NCBI GenBank assembly: GCA_019057795.1
Contig: JAHLWS010000069.1
Span: 46,835-110,834, forward strand
Origin: Promethearchaeota archaeon
GTDB lineage: Archaea; Asgardarchaeota; Lokiarchaeia; Sigyniarchaeales; SOKP01
Reading direction: 5' to 3'
DNA: 64,000 bases
Every line of letters begins with the position of its first letter. The first letter of the stretch is position 1. Below the pieces are notes generated by a model. The model saw only the letters and a list, made by a program, of their open reading frames with translations, was not told where the DNA came from and did no database searches. The position numbers and the translations under genes were made by a program. Positions 9,257 through 18,721 of the stretch are shown here, one piece after another.

Positions 9257-10359
9257 GGTTCTGCGTTATTGGAGCAGGAAATGGTGGCCGAGCGTTTGCG
9301 GCATATTTATCATCAGAAGGATATCCTGTAAATCTATATAATCGCTCATATACCAGAATTTATGACATCAAAAAGAAAGGAGGAATAAAAGCAAAAGGGA
9401 AGTTAAAAGGCTTTTTCCCAATTGATCTGATTACACAAAATCTAAATTTGGCAGTTAAGAATGTAGATGTTATTTTAATAGTAACTCCTGCTTCAGCACA
9501 TAAAAGTATTGCAAAGAACATTGCACATTTTTTAACAAACGATCAGATAATATTGTTGAATCCAGGTAGAATTTTTGGAGCTGTAGAGTTTAGAAGTATA
9601 ATAGAAAAGGAAAGAGGGAATCTCCCTATTTTTATTGCTGAAACCCAAACATTACTTTTTACATCAAGACAATTGAAAAAAAATGAAGTTCAAATTCTTA
9701 CAATTAAGGATTCTGTTAGTTTTTCTGCTTTTCCAGAGAAGCATACGTTTTTCATTAGTGATACATTGAGAGATGTTTTTCCCCAAATGAATCCTATTGA
9801 TAATTATCTGCAAGTTACATTAAATAACATGGGGATGTTATTGCATCCAACTCTCTCATTATTGAATGCTAGTGCTATGGATTATGGAAGAAAGTTCAAT
9901 TTTTATGCACAAGGGGCATCTACACATACTTGTGAAATTCTTGAGGCTCTTCAAATGGAATTCAGAAAGATTTTTGAAAAGTTAAATTTAAAGCAAATAA
10001 ATTTTTGTGAATGGGTGGAGAAATCTTATGGATTTAAAGCAAACAATATCTATAATGCTATTCAAAAAATAGAGGCATATAAAAATATTGTTGCTCCAAA
10101 AGAATTAATAACTAGATATTTCACTGAGGATGTTCCAACTGGACTTGTACCTATGGCGTCATTAGGAGAATTCTTAGAAATTTCTACACCAATAATTGAT
10201 TCTATAATAAATTTATCTTCGATTTTATGTGGAATTGATTTTAGAAAAGAGGGAAGAAGCATTATGAACTTAAATTTAGCTAGCCATATAACTAAACAAA
10301 TGAAAGGAGAAGATATGTTGGGAATACTAGAAAGTCAAAAAACACAAATCGATGCTTAA
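9253..10359 (+). CDS. NAD/NADP octopine/nopaline (opine) dehydrogenase family protein
   Basis: Rossmann VIGAGNGG, LNPG, AETQT, LNNMGMLLHP, RYFTEDVPTGLVP. ATGA overlap with the upstream B12 gene. Confidence 0.9.
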   Translation: MRFCVIGAGNGGRAFAAYLSSEGYPVNLYNRSYTRIYDIKKKGGIKAKGKLKGFFPIDLITQNLNLAVKNVDVILIVTPASAHKSIAKNIAHFLTNDQIILLNPGRIFGAVEFRSIIEKERGNLPIFIAETQTLLFTSRQLKKNEVQILTIKDSVSFSAFPEKHTFFISDTLRDVFPQMNPIDNYLQVTLNNMGMLLHPTLSLLNASAMDYGRKFNFYAQGASTHTCEILEALQMEFRKIFEKLNLKQINFCEWVEKSYGFKANNIYNAIQKIEAYKNIVAPKELITRYFTEDVPTGLVPMASLGEFLEISTPIIDSIINLSSILCGIDFRKEGRSIMNLNLASHITKQMKGEDMLGILESQKTQIDA

Positions 10360-10440
10360 ATTGTTTTAATTTATGAAGATATTATTAAGCTTTAATTTCT
10401 TCTATATTAGGAGATTATATCTAAAATCTCTATTTTTTAA

Positions 10441-11796
10441 TTACTTAAACATTTCCATGAATGCACCGAGCCTTGTCTTCATTTGTTCGATGTTCTCTCC
10501 AATTTTATTAAAAGTAATTGCAGTTGTTGGTATCTCAAGCTCGCGTCTTACTTTCTCTCTCAGCATTGTATAACAATTTGAAATAGAATGACATCCAAAC
10601 AATTGAAAAAATATAAGACCATCGGCATTTAATTTTTTTGCCACTCTCAAATATGAGTCAGTTAACGTGTCGTTATCACACCCAATCCCTGATACTGTTG
10701 CATTTAAAAGAAATCGAGCGTATTCTTCAACAGGATTTAAATGATTAGCCACGGGAATTTCCTCTGAGAATTTTATTACTTCCCAGTCAGCATAAATCGC
10801 TCTCCCGCCTAGTTCATATATAATATCGTGGGTTTTTGGTTCCCATCCTCCGAATATTGGCGTTACAAAAATACGCGGCATTTTAGACACATCCATTCCA
10901 ATTCCCTTTCTTATTCTTTCCCGCATTTCGTCTACGAGTGAAATTAAATTATCCCTATATCGTATCGAATTAGAATTATAGTCTTGAAATGTAAGGCTTA
11001 ATAACGCCAGAATTTCACTAAATGTTGCTGGATTACACGGATAAAAATCAGAAGCACTAATATCGTAGATTATTGTTTTATAAGATTTTTTTACTTGATT
11101 ACTAATTTTAAAATGCTCTCTCAATTGATTATCCGTTATTGTGTTGCCAGTTAAATTCTCCAATTCTCTTATGGCGTTCGATACATTATCAGTTATAATT
11201 TCCAAAGCATTTCCAATATTTCTGGGAGGAATATCAACCCATATTTGCTTTGGGTCTTGATTGATTATTTTTAAGGATTCCATATATTTATTATACGCGC
11301 TACATCGAATTGTAACGTTGAGACATGCGTCTAAATTACGACCTTTGGAAATATGCGCACCAACTAAACTTTTCAACCCGTAACAGAAGTCACTTGAAAT
11401 TCCATTCTCAATTCCAAGATCATACATTTCGTTGTATTTTTTGTTAATCGTGTCAATTACATCCTCAATAATTCCGTCAACAATTTTACTGATTTCAGAT
11501 ATTCCAAGGTTCTTAACAAAACTTAAGAAGCTAGAAACATTTTTCCAGCCAAAAATACTAGACGCGGAGCCTAAGTACGCGAGGTATTTACTAATTTCAA
11601 AAGTGTGCATCCTTATCGGAAACACTGGTACAGCACCTGCCGCGAAAGCTAGATCTGAAAATGCTAAGGATACTCCAACTAGCTTTTTTTTCTCTCGGAA
11701 CTTTTTCCTTTTTAGATACTCTCTGCCTGTTAAAAGATTATAAGCCATTTTTAATACAGAACTAAAAGTTATTATTTCCTCAGCAATTAAACTCAT
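10441..11796 (-). CDS. 2-hydroxyacyl-CoA dehydratase subunit (HgdA/FldB-like)
   Basis: FCYG, RCS and FGCHS Cys pattern, C-terminal QMKTRLGAFMEM; translationally coupled to the upstream subunit. Confidence 0.8.
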   Translation of the reverse strand: MSLIAEEIITFSSVLKMAYNLLTGREYLKRKKFREKKKLVGVSLAFSDLAFAAGAVPVFPIRMHTFEISKYLAYLGSASSIFGWKNVSSFLSFVKNLGISEISKIVDGIIEDVIDTINKKYNEMYDLGIENGISSDFCYGLKSLVGAHISKGRNLDACLNVTIRCSAYNKYMESLKIINQDPKQIWVDIPPRNIGNALEIITDNVSNAIRELENLTGNTITDNQLREHFKISNQVKKSYKTIIYDISASDFYPCNPATFSEILALLSLTFQDYNSNSIRYRDNLISLVDEMRERIRKGIGMDVSKMPRIFVTPIFGGWEPKTHDIIYELGGRAIYADWEVIKFSEEIPVANHLNPVEEYARFLLNATVSGIGCDNDTLTDSYLRVAKKLNADGLIFFQLFGCHSISNCYTMLREKVRRELEIPTTAITFNKIGENIEQMKTRLGAFMEMFK

Positions 11797-12932
11797 TTCA
11801 TCATCTCCAAATACGCTTCTATTCTTGTTGAGAGCTGCCCTCGATTAGCTCGAGAATAGTCTCGCTCTAAATTCAATACTTGTATTCCTTTTTCTTGTAA
11901 CTCATTTTTCAAGAAAGAAGACATTAACGATATGTGGTCGCAAAATTTAATAATATGATTGAAAACGCCTAATTTTTTACCAGTTTTTTTTGTATAGTTC
12001 TTAGAATAATTATCAATCAAAGAAACTTTTTGTTGCAAGAAGTTAGGTACTGAATGGTCTCCACACGTATTATTTTTAAATCTCAGCACCAATAAATCTA
12101 AAGGATTTTTGTTTGAATTTATCGAGTCATCATCTATAACTTGTGAATAATAGTGATTTCCAATCCATGTATCGAAATAAACAATATTTCCCCCTCCTTC
12201 TTCGATTAAATCAATTAGGTTATCATTAATGAAGATAGAACATCCTGTAAATAAAATATCTTTAGATAAACCAAGGTTTTGAGGTGGATTGTTTTTTACT
12301 TCTTCAATGTACTTTTCTAAATCAGGTAGGAATGTTGGACCATATAATATTGCTTTTTGAATTATATTTAATTTTTCTGAGCCCAAAATCTCTAAATCAT
12401 TAACTTGCGATATTTTTTTTTTAAAATCATTATACTTCTTAATACTCTCAAATAATTTTTCGTCAGAAATTTTTTTACCTATAATATCTTCAAGCTTCTC
12501 CTTTAAATTTTGTAGCTCTATCTTGAAATATTTTAAACTACTTTCATTAGTCATATATGGGACATAAAAATTTAAACGAGAGATATTGAAATATTTAGTT
12601 ATTATTTCTGAAGCACAAATATCTGATACGCAGTGGTTTGAAACAATAAAATAATCCACCAAATCTAAAAATCTGTAGTTATTTGGTTTAGTAGAAAATA
12701 ATCCAATACATGATTGAGCAAATGCACATGTAGATGGAGGTAAAAAATCGTGACTAGCTTCCATTAACTCGTCATCCCCTCCAAACATCATCCTTAAAGG
12801 AAAGAAACCCGCTGCATCTATCAACTCTTCGGGGATATTGTCGTGAGCTAAAAAAGCAACGATTTTAACACCTTCTTGCTTTTTTTCTTTAAGAAATAAC
12901 GAAAACTCTGGGAGAAGAATGGGATCGGTCAT
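11793..12932 (-). CDS. 2-hydroxyacyl-CoA dehydratase subunit (HgdB/FldC-like)
   Basis: IPEELIDAAGFFP, TCAFAQS, HCVSD, KFCD, GQLSTRIEAYLEM. Confidence 0.88.
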   Translation of the reverse strand: MTDPILLPEFSLFLKEKKQEGVKIVAFLAHDNIPEELIDAAGFFPLRMMFGGDDELMEASHDFLPPSTCAFAQSCIGLFSTKPNNYRFLDLVDYFIVSNHCVSDICASEIITKYFNISRLNFYVPYMTNESSLKYFKIELQNLKEKLEDIIGKKISDEKLFESIKKYNDFKKKISQVNDLEILGSEKLNIIQKAILYGPTFLPDLEKYIEEVKNNPPQNLGLSKDILFTGCSIFINDNLIDLIEEGGGNIVYFDTWIGNHYYSQVIDDDSINSNKNPLDLLVLRFKNNTCGDHSVPNFLQQKVSLIDNYSKNYTKKTGKKLGVFNHIIKFCDHISLMSSFLKNELQEKGIQVLNLERDYSRANRGQLSTRIEAYLEMMK

Positions 12933-13046
12933 AATATTAGCTTGAGTAGTATGAAATTATCTATCTGAAAAGACTTATTTCCTTAAAAAAGTTTCCCGAT
13001 TTAAAATATAGATAAAAATATTAAAATTAGCTGAAATAAAATTAAT

Positions 13047-13826
13047 CTAATTAGAATTGTTTTCTTGAGCTATTAAAGCGGCACCAATAGCTCCCGTGAG
13101 TTGAGGAAATTCGGGTGTTTCGATGCCATATCCAAGTTCATCTTCTAAAAATTTTTTTACAGCAGGGTTTTTGGCGACTCCACCACAGAAAATAAGTTTA
13201 GGTCCTACTCCAATACGTTTTGCCATTCCGGCAACTCTTCTCGCAATTGATTTATGTATGCCGCTTGCGATCTCTTCTTTAGAAGCCCCTCTCGCGAATA
13301 AACTTATTACTTCGCTTTCTGCGAAAACTGTACATGTTGAACTTATTGAAGCCGATTTGTTAGATCGTAAAGCTAAATCTCCAAATTGATCAATAGGAAC
13401 TTCCAACGCGTGAGCCATGACTTCCAAAAACCGGCCCGTTCCTGCTGCGCATTTGTCATTCATTTGAAAGTCAATAACATTTCCAGTTTTTGCAGACATT
13501 ACAATTGCTTTACTATCTTGACCCCCAATATCTATTACGGAATTAGCATCTGGAAAGAAATATTGCACCCCCCTAGCGTGAGCTGTAATTTCAGTCACTC
13601 GATCGTCTGCAAAGTCTACTGTATTTCTTCCGTAACCGGTGCTCATAATGTGTACATCTTCCTTCTTCAAACTGTGTTTATTTAATATTTCATTAAATAA
13701 ATTATGACCAATTCTTTTGAAATCATATGTGGATCTTTCTGTTCGGTGATCAATTAACTTCCTATCGTTAATAAGCACTATCTTTGTTGCCAAAGAACCA
13801 ATATCTATACCAATAAAATTCTTCAA
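13047..13826 (-). CDS. acyl-CoA dehydratase activase (HgdC/FldI-type ASKHA [4Fe-4S] ATPase)
   Basis: GIDIGS, TGYGR, TEITAHARG, IDIGGQDSK, MNDKCAAGTGRFLE, SSTCTVFAESE, GGVAKN. Confidence 0.95.
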   Translation of the reverse strand: MKNFIGIDIGSLATKIVLINDRKLIDHRTERSTYDFKRIGHNLFNEILNKHSLKKEDVHIMSTGYGRNTVDFADDRVTEITAHARGVQYFFPDANSVIDIGGQDSKAIVMSAKTGNVIDFQMNDKCAAGTGRFLEVMAHALEVPIDQFGDLALRSNKSASISSTCTVFAESEVISLFARGASKEEIASGIHKSIARRVAGMAKRIGVGPKLIFCGGVAKNPAVKKFLEDELGYGIETPEFPQLTGAIGAALIAQENNSN

Positions 13827-13947
13827 TTTAAATCATTTAAAAATATAATTTTATATCTTAAAATTTTTTAAAAAATTTTAAATTTTCGATAAAACCAAAT
13901 AATTACTTCCTTTATTCATTACAAATTTATTTTAGTTGAAGGCTAAA

Positions 13948-14751
13948 TTAAGTAGGAATTACTAATTGTAGCAATAGAGAAACTAGTAATGTCGTAACAC
14001 CCGCTGTAACTAAATGAATTGCGTACTTAGCATGTCCCCCGCCAGAGATTTTTCCTAAAAATATACCTAAATAAATCAATATAGCTACCAAAACTCCATA
14101 AGAAACTAAAAAATGAAATATGGATAAAGTATCTCCAAAGAAAAACGGAATTAATGGAAGGATCGATCCTAAAACAGGAGCGCCCCCGTCGACTAAAGAC
14201 GCGACTATGGTGGCAAATTTTTCTGATCGTTCAATTATTGATTTATTATTTTTTCTTATTTTTTTCTTTGGTTTTCCCTTTAAAGAAAAAAATCTTTTGT
14301 TATTAGTATGATTTAAATTTATGGGAGTTACCATTGCTTTTTGAATCTCTTGTTCTTCTAAAATTTCTTTCTCATCATTACTTAAGCCTTTTTTCTCTCT
14401 ATTATTCGGTTTTTCTTCCTTTTCTTCTTCAAAAATTACCATCTCTTTTTTTAGATCAATCATTTTTTTCTTTCTTTCGGCTTCTTCAGAGAGAAAGGCG
14501 CCCCATAAGCCACTAATACCAATTGCTAAAGCAGTGGAAAAACCAGTTATTATAATGATAGTTGAACTTAAAGTTTGAGCTGTATTTAAAAGAAAATTTG
14601 GAAGAAATATGATGAAACTTCCGCTAACTATTCCCGCACAAGTTAAGGCTCCGTCAAAGGCGTTATTAAAAAATTTACGGCGAACTATTATGCCTAAATT
14701 AGACAGTTCAGAATATTTACGCCATTTCTTGGTTAAATCTTTTAAACCCAT
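13948..14751 (-). CDS. VIT1/CCC1-like archaeal membrane protein
   Basis: RRKFFNNAFDGALT, ALAIGISGLWGAFLSEEAER, LVDGGAP...LIPFF and several TM helices. ATG at 14751 preferred over the ORF-track start at 14817. Confidence 0.75.
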   Translation of the reverse strand: MGLKDLTKKWRKYSELSNLGIIVRRKFFNNAFDGALTCAGIVSGSFIIFLPNFLLNTAQTLSSTIIIITGFSTALAIGISGLWGAFLSEEAERKKKMIDLKKEMVIFEEEKEEKPNNREKKGLSNDEKEILEEQEIQKAMVTPINLNHTNNKRFFSLKGKPKKKIRKNNKSIIERSEKFATIVASLVDGGAPVLGSILPLIPFFFGDTLSIFHFLVSYGVLVAILIYLGIFLGKISGGGHAKYAIHLVTAGVTTLLVSLLLQLVIPT

Positions 14752-14979
14752 TTTATTTAAAAAAACCCCATTTTTCGCATTTTGTACATACAATAAATCT
14801 CTTATCTTTAATAACACATACTTATATTTTAAATTTAAGGGGGAATCTATTATAATCTTTGTAATTATTTGATGCTGTTAATCTTTTTGAATTAAATTTC
14901 AGTAAAAACTGATGATTTTTATTTATTTAATCATATAATATTCATAGAATATTAAAAATTATGGAATTGAATACTAATT

Positions 14980-15621
14980 TTGACAAACAGAAAAATCAAA
15001 GAAGAAATAATTTCATTACTCATAGATCATGTTCGGATTATTTACTCTATTATTAGCGACATGGGCGTGTATTATACCACCTGGGCAGAAGACTTTGAGG
15101 CTAATAAGAAAAGTTTAGAAAAGAAAAAAAGTAAAATGCAATTATCAGAAGAAGAAGGTGACGAGCTAAAAATTCGCTTAATACAGAACTTTTCAGAGGC
15201 TGAAGCTTTCAATCTCGGAGATTATGTAGCATTAATGTTGAAGATGGATAATGTTATTAATTATCCCCTCGAATTTGTCGATATGTTAGCAAAAATTAAC
15301 TTAACTGGTAAAAGTGCAAATAAGATTAAGAAGAAATATCATAAGTTAATAAACCAAATTATGGAAATGGCTGGTATCTTGAAAATAGCTATAAAAAACT
15401 TAAGGGATAATCAGGATAATGTCTTTGATAACACAACTACAATTCATGAACTTGAATCTAAAATTGACAGAACTTATAGGCAATTTCTTGAGTTTTTATA
15501 TTCTAATGTTGAAGACATAAGAATTTTACTACGTATCAGGGATAGTATTGTGTTACTGGAGCAGTTGGCAGATCGTATCCACGATATTGCTGATTTAATG
15601 AGAGTTTTGCTGTATCAATAA
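14980..15621 (+). CDS. DUF47/PhoU-like phosphate transport regulator family protein
   Basis: Twice-repeated helical motifs (EEEGDELK / LESKID) and LEQLADRIHDIAD. Confidence 0.8.
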   Translation: MTNRKIKEEIISLLIDHVRIIYSIISDMGVYYTTWAEDFEANKKSLEKKKSKMQLSEEEGDELKIRLIQNFSEAEAFNLGDYVALMLKMDNVINYPLEFVDMLAKINLTGKSANKIKKKYHKLINQIMEMAGILKIAIKNLRDNQDNVFDNTTTIHELESKIDRTYRQFLEFLYSNVEDIRILLRIRDSIVLLEQLADRIHDIADLMRVLLYQ

Positions 15622-15819
15622 ATAATCTCATCCTATATTACATCAAATTCGTTCTTTTTTAAACCAAACATCATATTCTTTCTTAAAATCGAAACAACTC
15701 AATATTTTTTTAGCAAATTCCTTAAAACCATAAAAAATATGGAAAAATTTATACCTATTTTTACATTATTCTATTTAAAATAACTTTAATTGAGTTAAAA
15801 TATAAAACAAGTACAATTT

Positions 15820-16191
15820 GTGAATACTATGAACGGAAAAATGAAATTTTATTCATTGTTAGGATTTTTCCAATTAGTGCTTATATTAATTGTGTTTTTT
15901 AGTGTAGATGGAATTATCACTATGGTTGCAGCACAAACAGAGAGTTTTGATTACTATAATTCTCCAACAGCGGCGATTTTAGCGATTTCAGCAGCAATCT
16001 CCCTTTCAGCAGCAGTATTAGGAAGTGCAATCGCTTTAAAAACAGTAGGTACAGCAGCAATATCATCTTTATCCGAAAGAGAAGAAAGTTTTTTTAAAGC
16101 ATTCTTAGTTGTTGCATTGTGTGAGGCTTTAGCCGTATATGGTTTAATTGTTGCCATCCTCCTCTGGACAAAAATCCCCACGCCAGGATAA
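15820..16191 (+). CDS. atpK: A/V-type ATP synthase subunit K (c, proteolipid)
   Basis: Hydrophobic hairpin with ALCEALAVYGLIVAILL (ion-binding Glu) plus an extra N-terminal hydrophobic segment. Confidence 0.92.
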   Translation: MNTMNGKMKFYSLLGFFQLVLILIVFFSVDGIITMVAAQTESFDYYNSPTAAILAISAAISLSAAVLGSAIALKTVGTAAISSLSEREESFFKAFLVVALCEALAVYGLIVAILLWTKIPTPG

Positions 16192-16231
16192 TCTTGATTT
16201 ACATTTAAAATCGTTAAGAAGGTGTTTTTTT

Positions 16232-17293
16232 ACGAGTGAAATTATTCCGTCTTATGCTTATACATATATTAAAATCGATTATTTAAAACTATTAATAATT
16301 GATGATGACACTTTACTAAAACTTAAAAGAATCTACGATATTGATGACTTCATGGAATCTATTAGACCTTACTATCCTAATTTAGATTTCAAAGAAAATA
16401 CTATTGAAGATATTGAAGTAGCTCTTAATAATAATTATATTAAGCTAATTGGTAAAATTTTACATTATTCCCCCCAAAACATGAGAATATTCTTAAGAAA
16501 TTATCTCATGAAATTTGAAATACAAAATCTCAAACAAATAATCATCAGTTTAATTTTAGGAATTAATCTAGAAGAAAAAAGAAAATACATTAATTTTTTA
16601 GTTGAAGAATATTTAGATAACACGGAATTCATTGAAGAATTGCTTAAATTTACTTCTTTAGACGAAATACAATTATTTCTTAAAAGAACTAAATACAATA
16701 TAGCTATTAGAGAAGGGATTCTTTACTTTAAGAAAAATAAAGAAATTTTTATTCTGGAAGCTTTTTTAGATCAATTATATTATAAGCAACTTAATGCTCA
16801 ACTGGAACGTTTAAATAAAAAAGAGAAAACAATGATATCGTTGTTTGTGAAATATAAAACTGAAATTTATAATATAAATGTGATTTATAGGGGAATAAAA
16901 AATAAAATTGAAGGAAAATTATTATCTCAATTTCTTGTAAATAATTATTTATTCCTAAATGAAAGTAAATTAGAACAATTGTTAAATCTTGATAATGTTG
17001 ATGAATTTATATCAATTATTAAAGAATATTTGAAGAATATTAAGGAAACAAAACCATTTTTTATCAAGCTAAAAATTAATCAAAAACACTTAATTAGGTC
17101 AATTGAACAATTTTATATAACTTATTATTTTAAGAAATTTAAGATTAAAATTGACGATATTGATTTTTTCACCATTTACAAAATTTTAGAAATACTTATA
17201 AAAAAAGGGGGAGAAATCCGATTTATTATATTACCCCAGGTAATTAAGATCCTTCACTATAAGTTTAAAGCGTTAAAAACGCAGAAATTTTAA
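16232..17293 (+). CDS. atpC: A/V-type ATP synthase subunit C (d)
   Basis: Operon position and size; N-terminal YAY, EIQNLK, LDQLYY, EIYNINVIYRG. Probable start is ACG at 16232 after GGTG; the ORF-track TTG at 16148 lies inside atpK. Confidence 0.8.
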   Translation, partial: TSEIIPSYAYTYIKIDYLKLLIIDDDTLLKLKRIYDIDDFMESIRPYYPNLDFKENTIEDIEVALNNNYIKLIGKILHYSPQNMRIFLRNYLMKFEIQNLKQIIISLILGINLEEKRKYINFLVEEYLDNTEFIEELLKFTSLDEIQLFLKRTKYNIAIREGILYFKKNKEIFILEAFLDQLYYKQLNAQLERLNKKEKTMISLFVKYKTEIYNINVIYRGIKNKIEGKLLSQFLVNNYLFLNESKLEQLLNLDNVDEFISIIKEYLKNIKETKPFFIKLKINQKHLIRSIEQFYITYYFKKFKIKIDDIDFFTIYKILEILIKKGGEIRFIILPQVIKILHYKFKALKTQKF

Positions 17294-17353
17294 AGTTAAT
17301 TATGAAATTATGAAATAAAATATTTAATAGATAATAATATGTGAGTTGTAATA

Positions 17354-17665
17354 ATGCCAATTTTTAAATGGGTTGAAGAAATCGAAAATATTTATGAAAA
17401 TTTGATTGAAAACGCTAAAAAAGAAAGTTTAGAAGACATTGAGAAATTAAAAGCTTCATTAGAAAAAAATATGGAAAAAAAACTTCATAATAATCAAGAA
17501 ATTATTAATTCTGCCTTAAAAACACTTTCAAAAGAAATTGATGAAAAATCATTAAAATTCGGAGAGTCAATATCAAAATTATATAGCAAAATAGAAAAAA
17601 ATTATTATGAAAATAAGGAAGGATTAATGAATTTAATATTTGAGAAATTAGGATTTGATTTTTAA
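17354..17665 (+). CDS. atpH: A/V-type ATP synthase subunit H (G), peripheral stalk
   Basis: 103-aa charged coiled coil (IENAKKES) within the ATPase operon; TAATG overlap with atpF. Confidence 0.7.
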   Translation: MPIFKWVEEIENIYENLIENAKKESLEDIEKLKASLEKNMEKKLHNNQEIINSALKTLSKEIDEKSLKFGESISKLYSKIEKNYYENKEGLMNLIFEKLGFDF

Positions 17666-17982
17666 TGCCTGATAAAAAAATACATGTATTAGGTTACGAC
17701 GAAATAGTTTCATTGTTTGGTCTTTTAGGTATTGAAGGAACGATAATTAAACATAATGAAGATTTTTTAAAAATTTTTAAAAATTTAATAAAAAAATCTT
17801 CTGTTGCTATGATAATTATATACATGGATTTATCAGACGAAAATCTCGAATTTCTAACAGATTTTAAAATAAATAATAGGACACCATTTGTATATTTATT
17901 ACCAAATATTTTTCAACAAGATATAAAGAATCAAGATAAGGTATTAAACAAAATTTACGAATTGATAGAAGAAATTATATAA
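17665..17982 (+). CDS. atpF: A/V-type ATP synthase subunit F
   Basis: KIHVLGYDEIVSLFGLLGIEG...P.VYLLP, 105 aa. Confidence 0.88.
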   Translation: MPDKKIHVLGYDEIVSLFGLLGIEGTIIKHNEDFLKIFKNLIKKSSVAMIIIYMDLSDENLEFLTDFKINNRTPFVYLLPNIFQQDIKNQDKVLNKIYELIEEII

Positions 17983-18016
17983 AAAAAGATGATCGGCCAT
18001 TAGTGAAGGAAATGAC

Positions 18017-18721
18017 ATGAAAGAGAGATTTGGAAAACTAAGTTTGTATTTAATAAATCAAGCTGAAAATGAGATAAAGAAGATCAATCAACAATCCCTC
18101 TTTCAAATGGCAGAAGTTAGAAAAAAAGCTAGGGAAAGAACTTCAGAAAGCTCTTTAAAATTGAAAGCGCATTTTAACGAAACATACAATAAACTATTAA
18201 ATAATTCTCTATCTTCTTATCTCTTGAAAATTAAAGAAGAAGTATTAAAATCTAAAAACAAATTAATGTTGGAACTTATTTCAGATTTAACAGACTTAAT
18301 AAAAGACAAAATAAAAAATAATTATTCGAGCTACATTAGTTTTTTACTAAAAAATCTTGAAAATATCAAGGATTTTGTGGATAAACCCCCGGAGATTATC
18401 ATTCACTTAAATTCAATAGATTTTAAATATTTCAGCAATAATATGGGAAAGATTGAAAGTATATTAAGAAATAAAATAAGTTTAGTCAAGTCAGAAGAAG
18501 AATTTACGGGAGGTTTTAAGTGTGTAATTATGGCCGGACATTTATCTTACGATTATACGATTGAAAATCAATTAAAGAAGATCACACCGATTATAGAAAT
18601 TGAGTTTTCAAAGATTTTTTCTGACTCCGAGACTGATATTAGAGCTCTAGAAAATAATTATATTGAATTTATCCAAAATCAAAAATTAGCTGTAAACGAA
18701 TATTTAAAGAAATATGAATGA
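18017..18721 (+). CDS. atpE: A/V-type ATP synthase subunit E
   Basis: N-terminal coiled coil and C-terminal GGF...YDYTIENQL motif; lies immediately before atpA. Confidence 0.85.
   Translation: MKERFGKLSLYLINQAENEIKKINQQSLFQMAEVRKKARERTSESSLKLKAHFNETYNKLLNNSLSSYLLKIKEEVLKSKNKLMLELISDLTDLIKDKIKNNYSSYISFLLKNLENIKDFVDKPPEIIIHLNSIDFKYFSNNMGKIESILRNKISLVKSEEEFTGGFKCVIMAGHLSYDYTIENQLKKITPIIEIEFSKIFSDSETDIRALENNYIEFIQNQKLAVNEYLKKYE

Noticed and set aside
4977-10359. A literal pyrrolysine (pylBCD) operon
   Set aside because: No radical-SAM CxxxCxxC protein, PylS or tRNA-Pyl; only the reaction logic is analogous.
10398-10432. dif/Xer-like site (TTATATCTAAA at 10415-10425) at the cassette edge
   Set aside because: The opposite arm matches poorly. 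It is better explained as a short imperfect hairpin between convergent genes in AT-rich DNA.
16148-16231. N-terminal extension of atpC from TTG 16148
   Set aside because: Overlaps atpK out of frame and has no similarity to subunit C.
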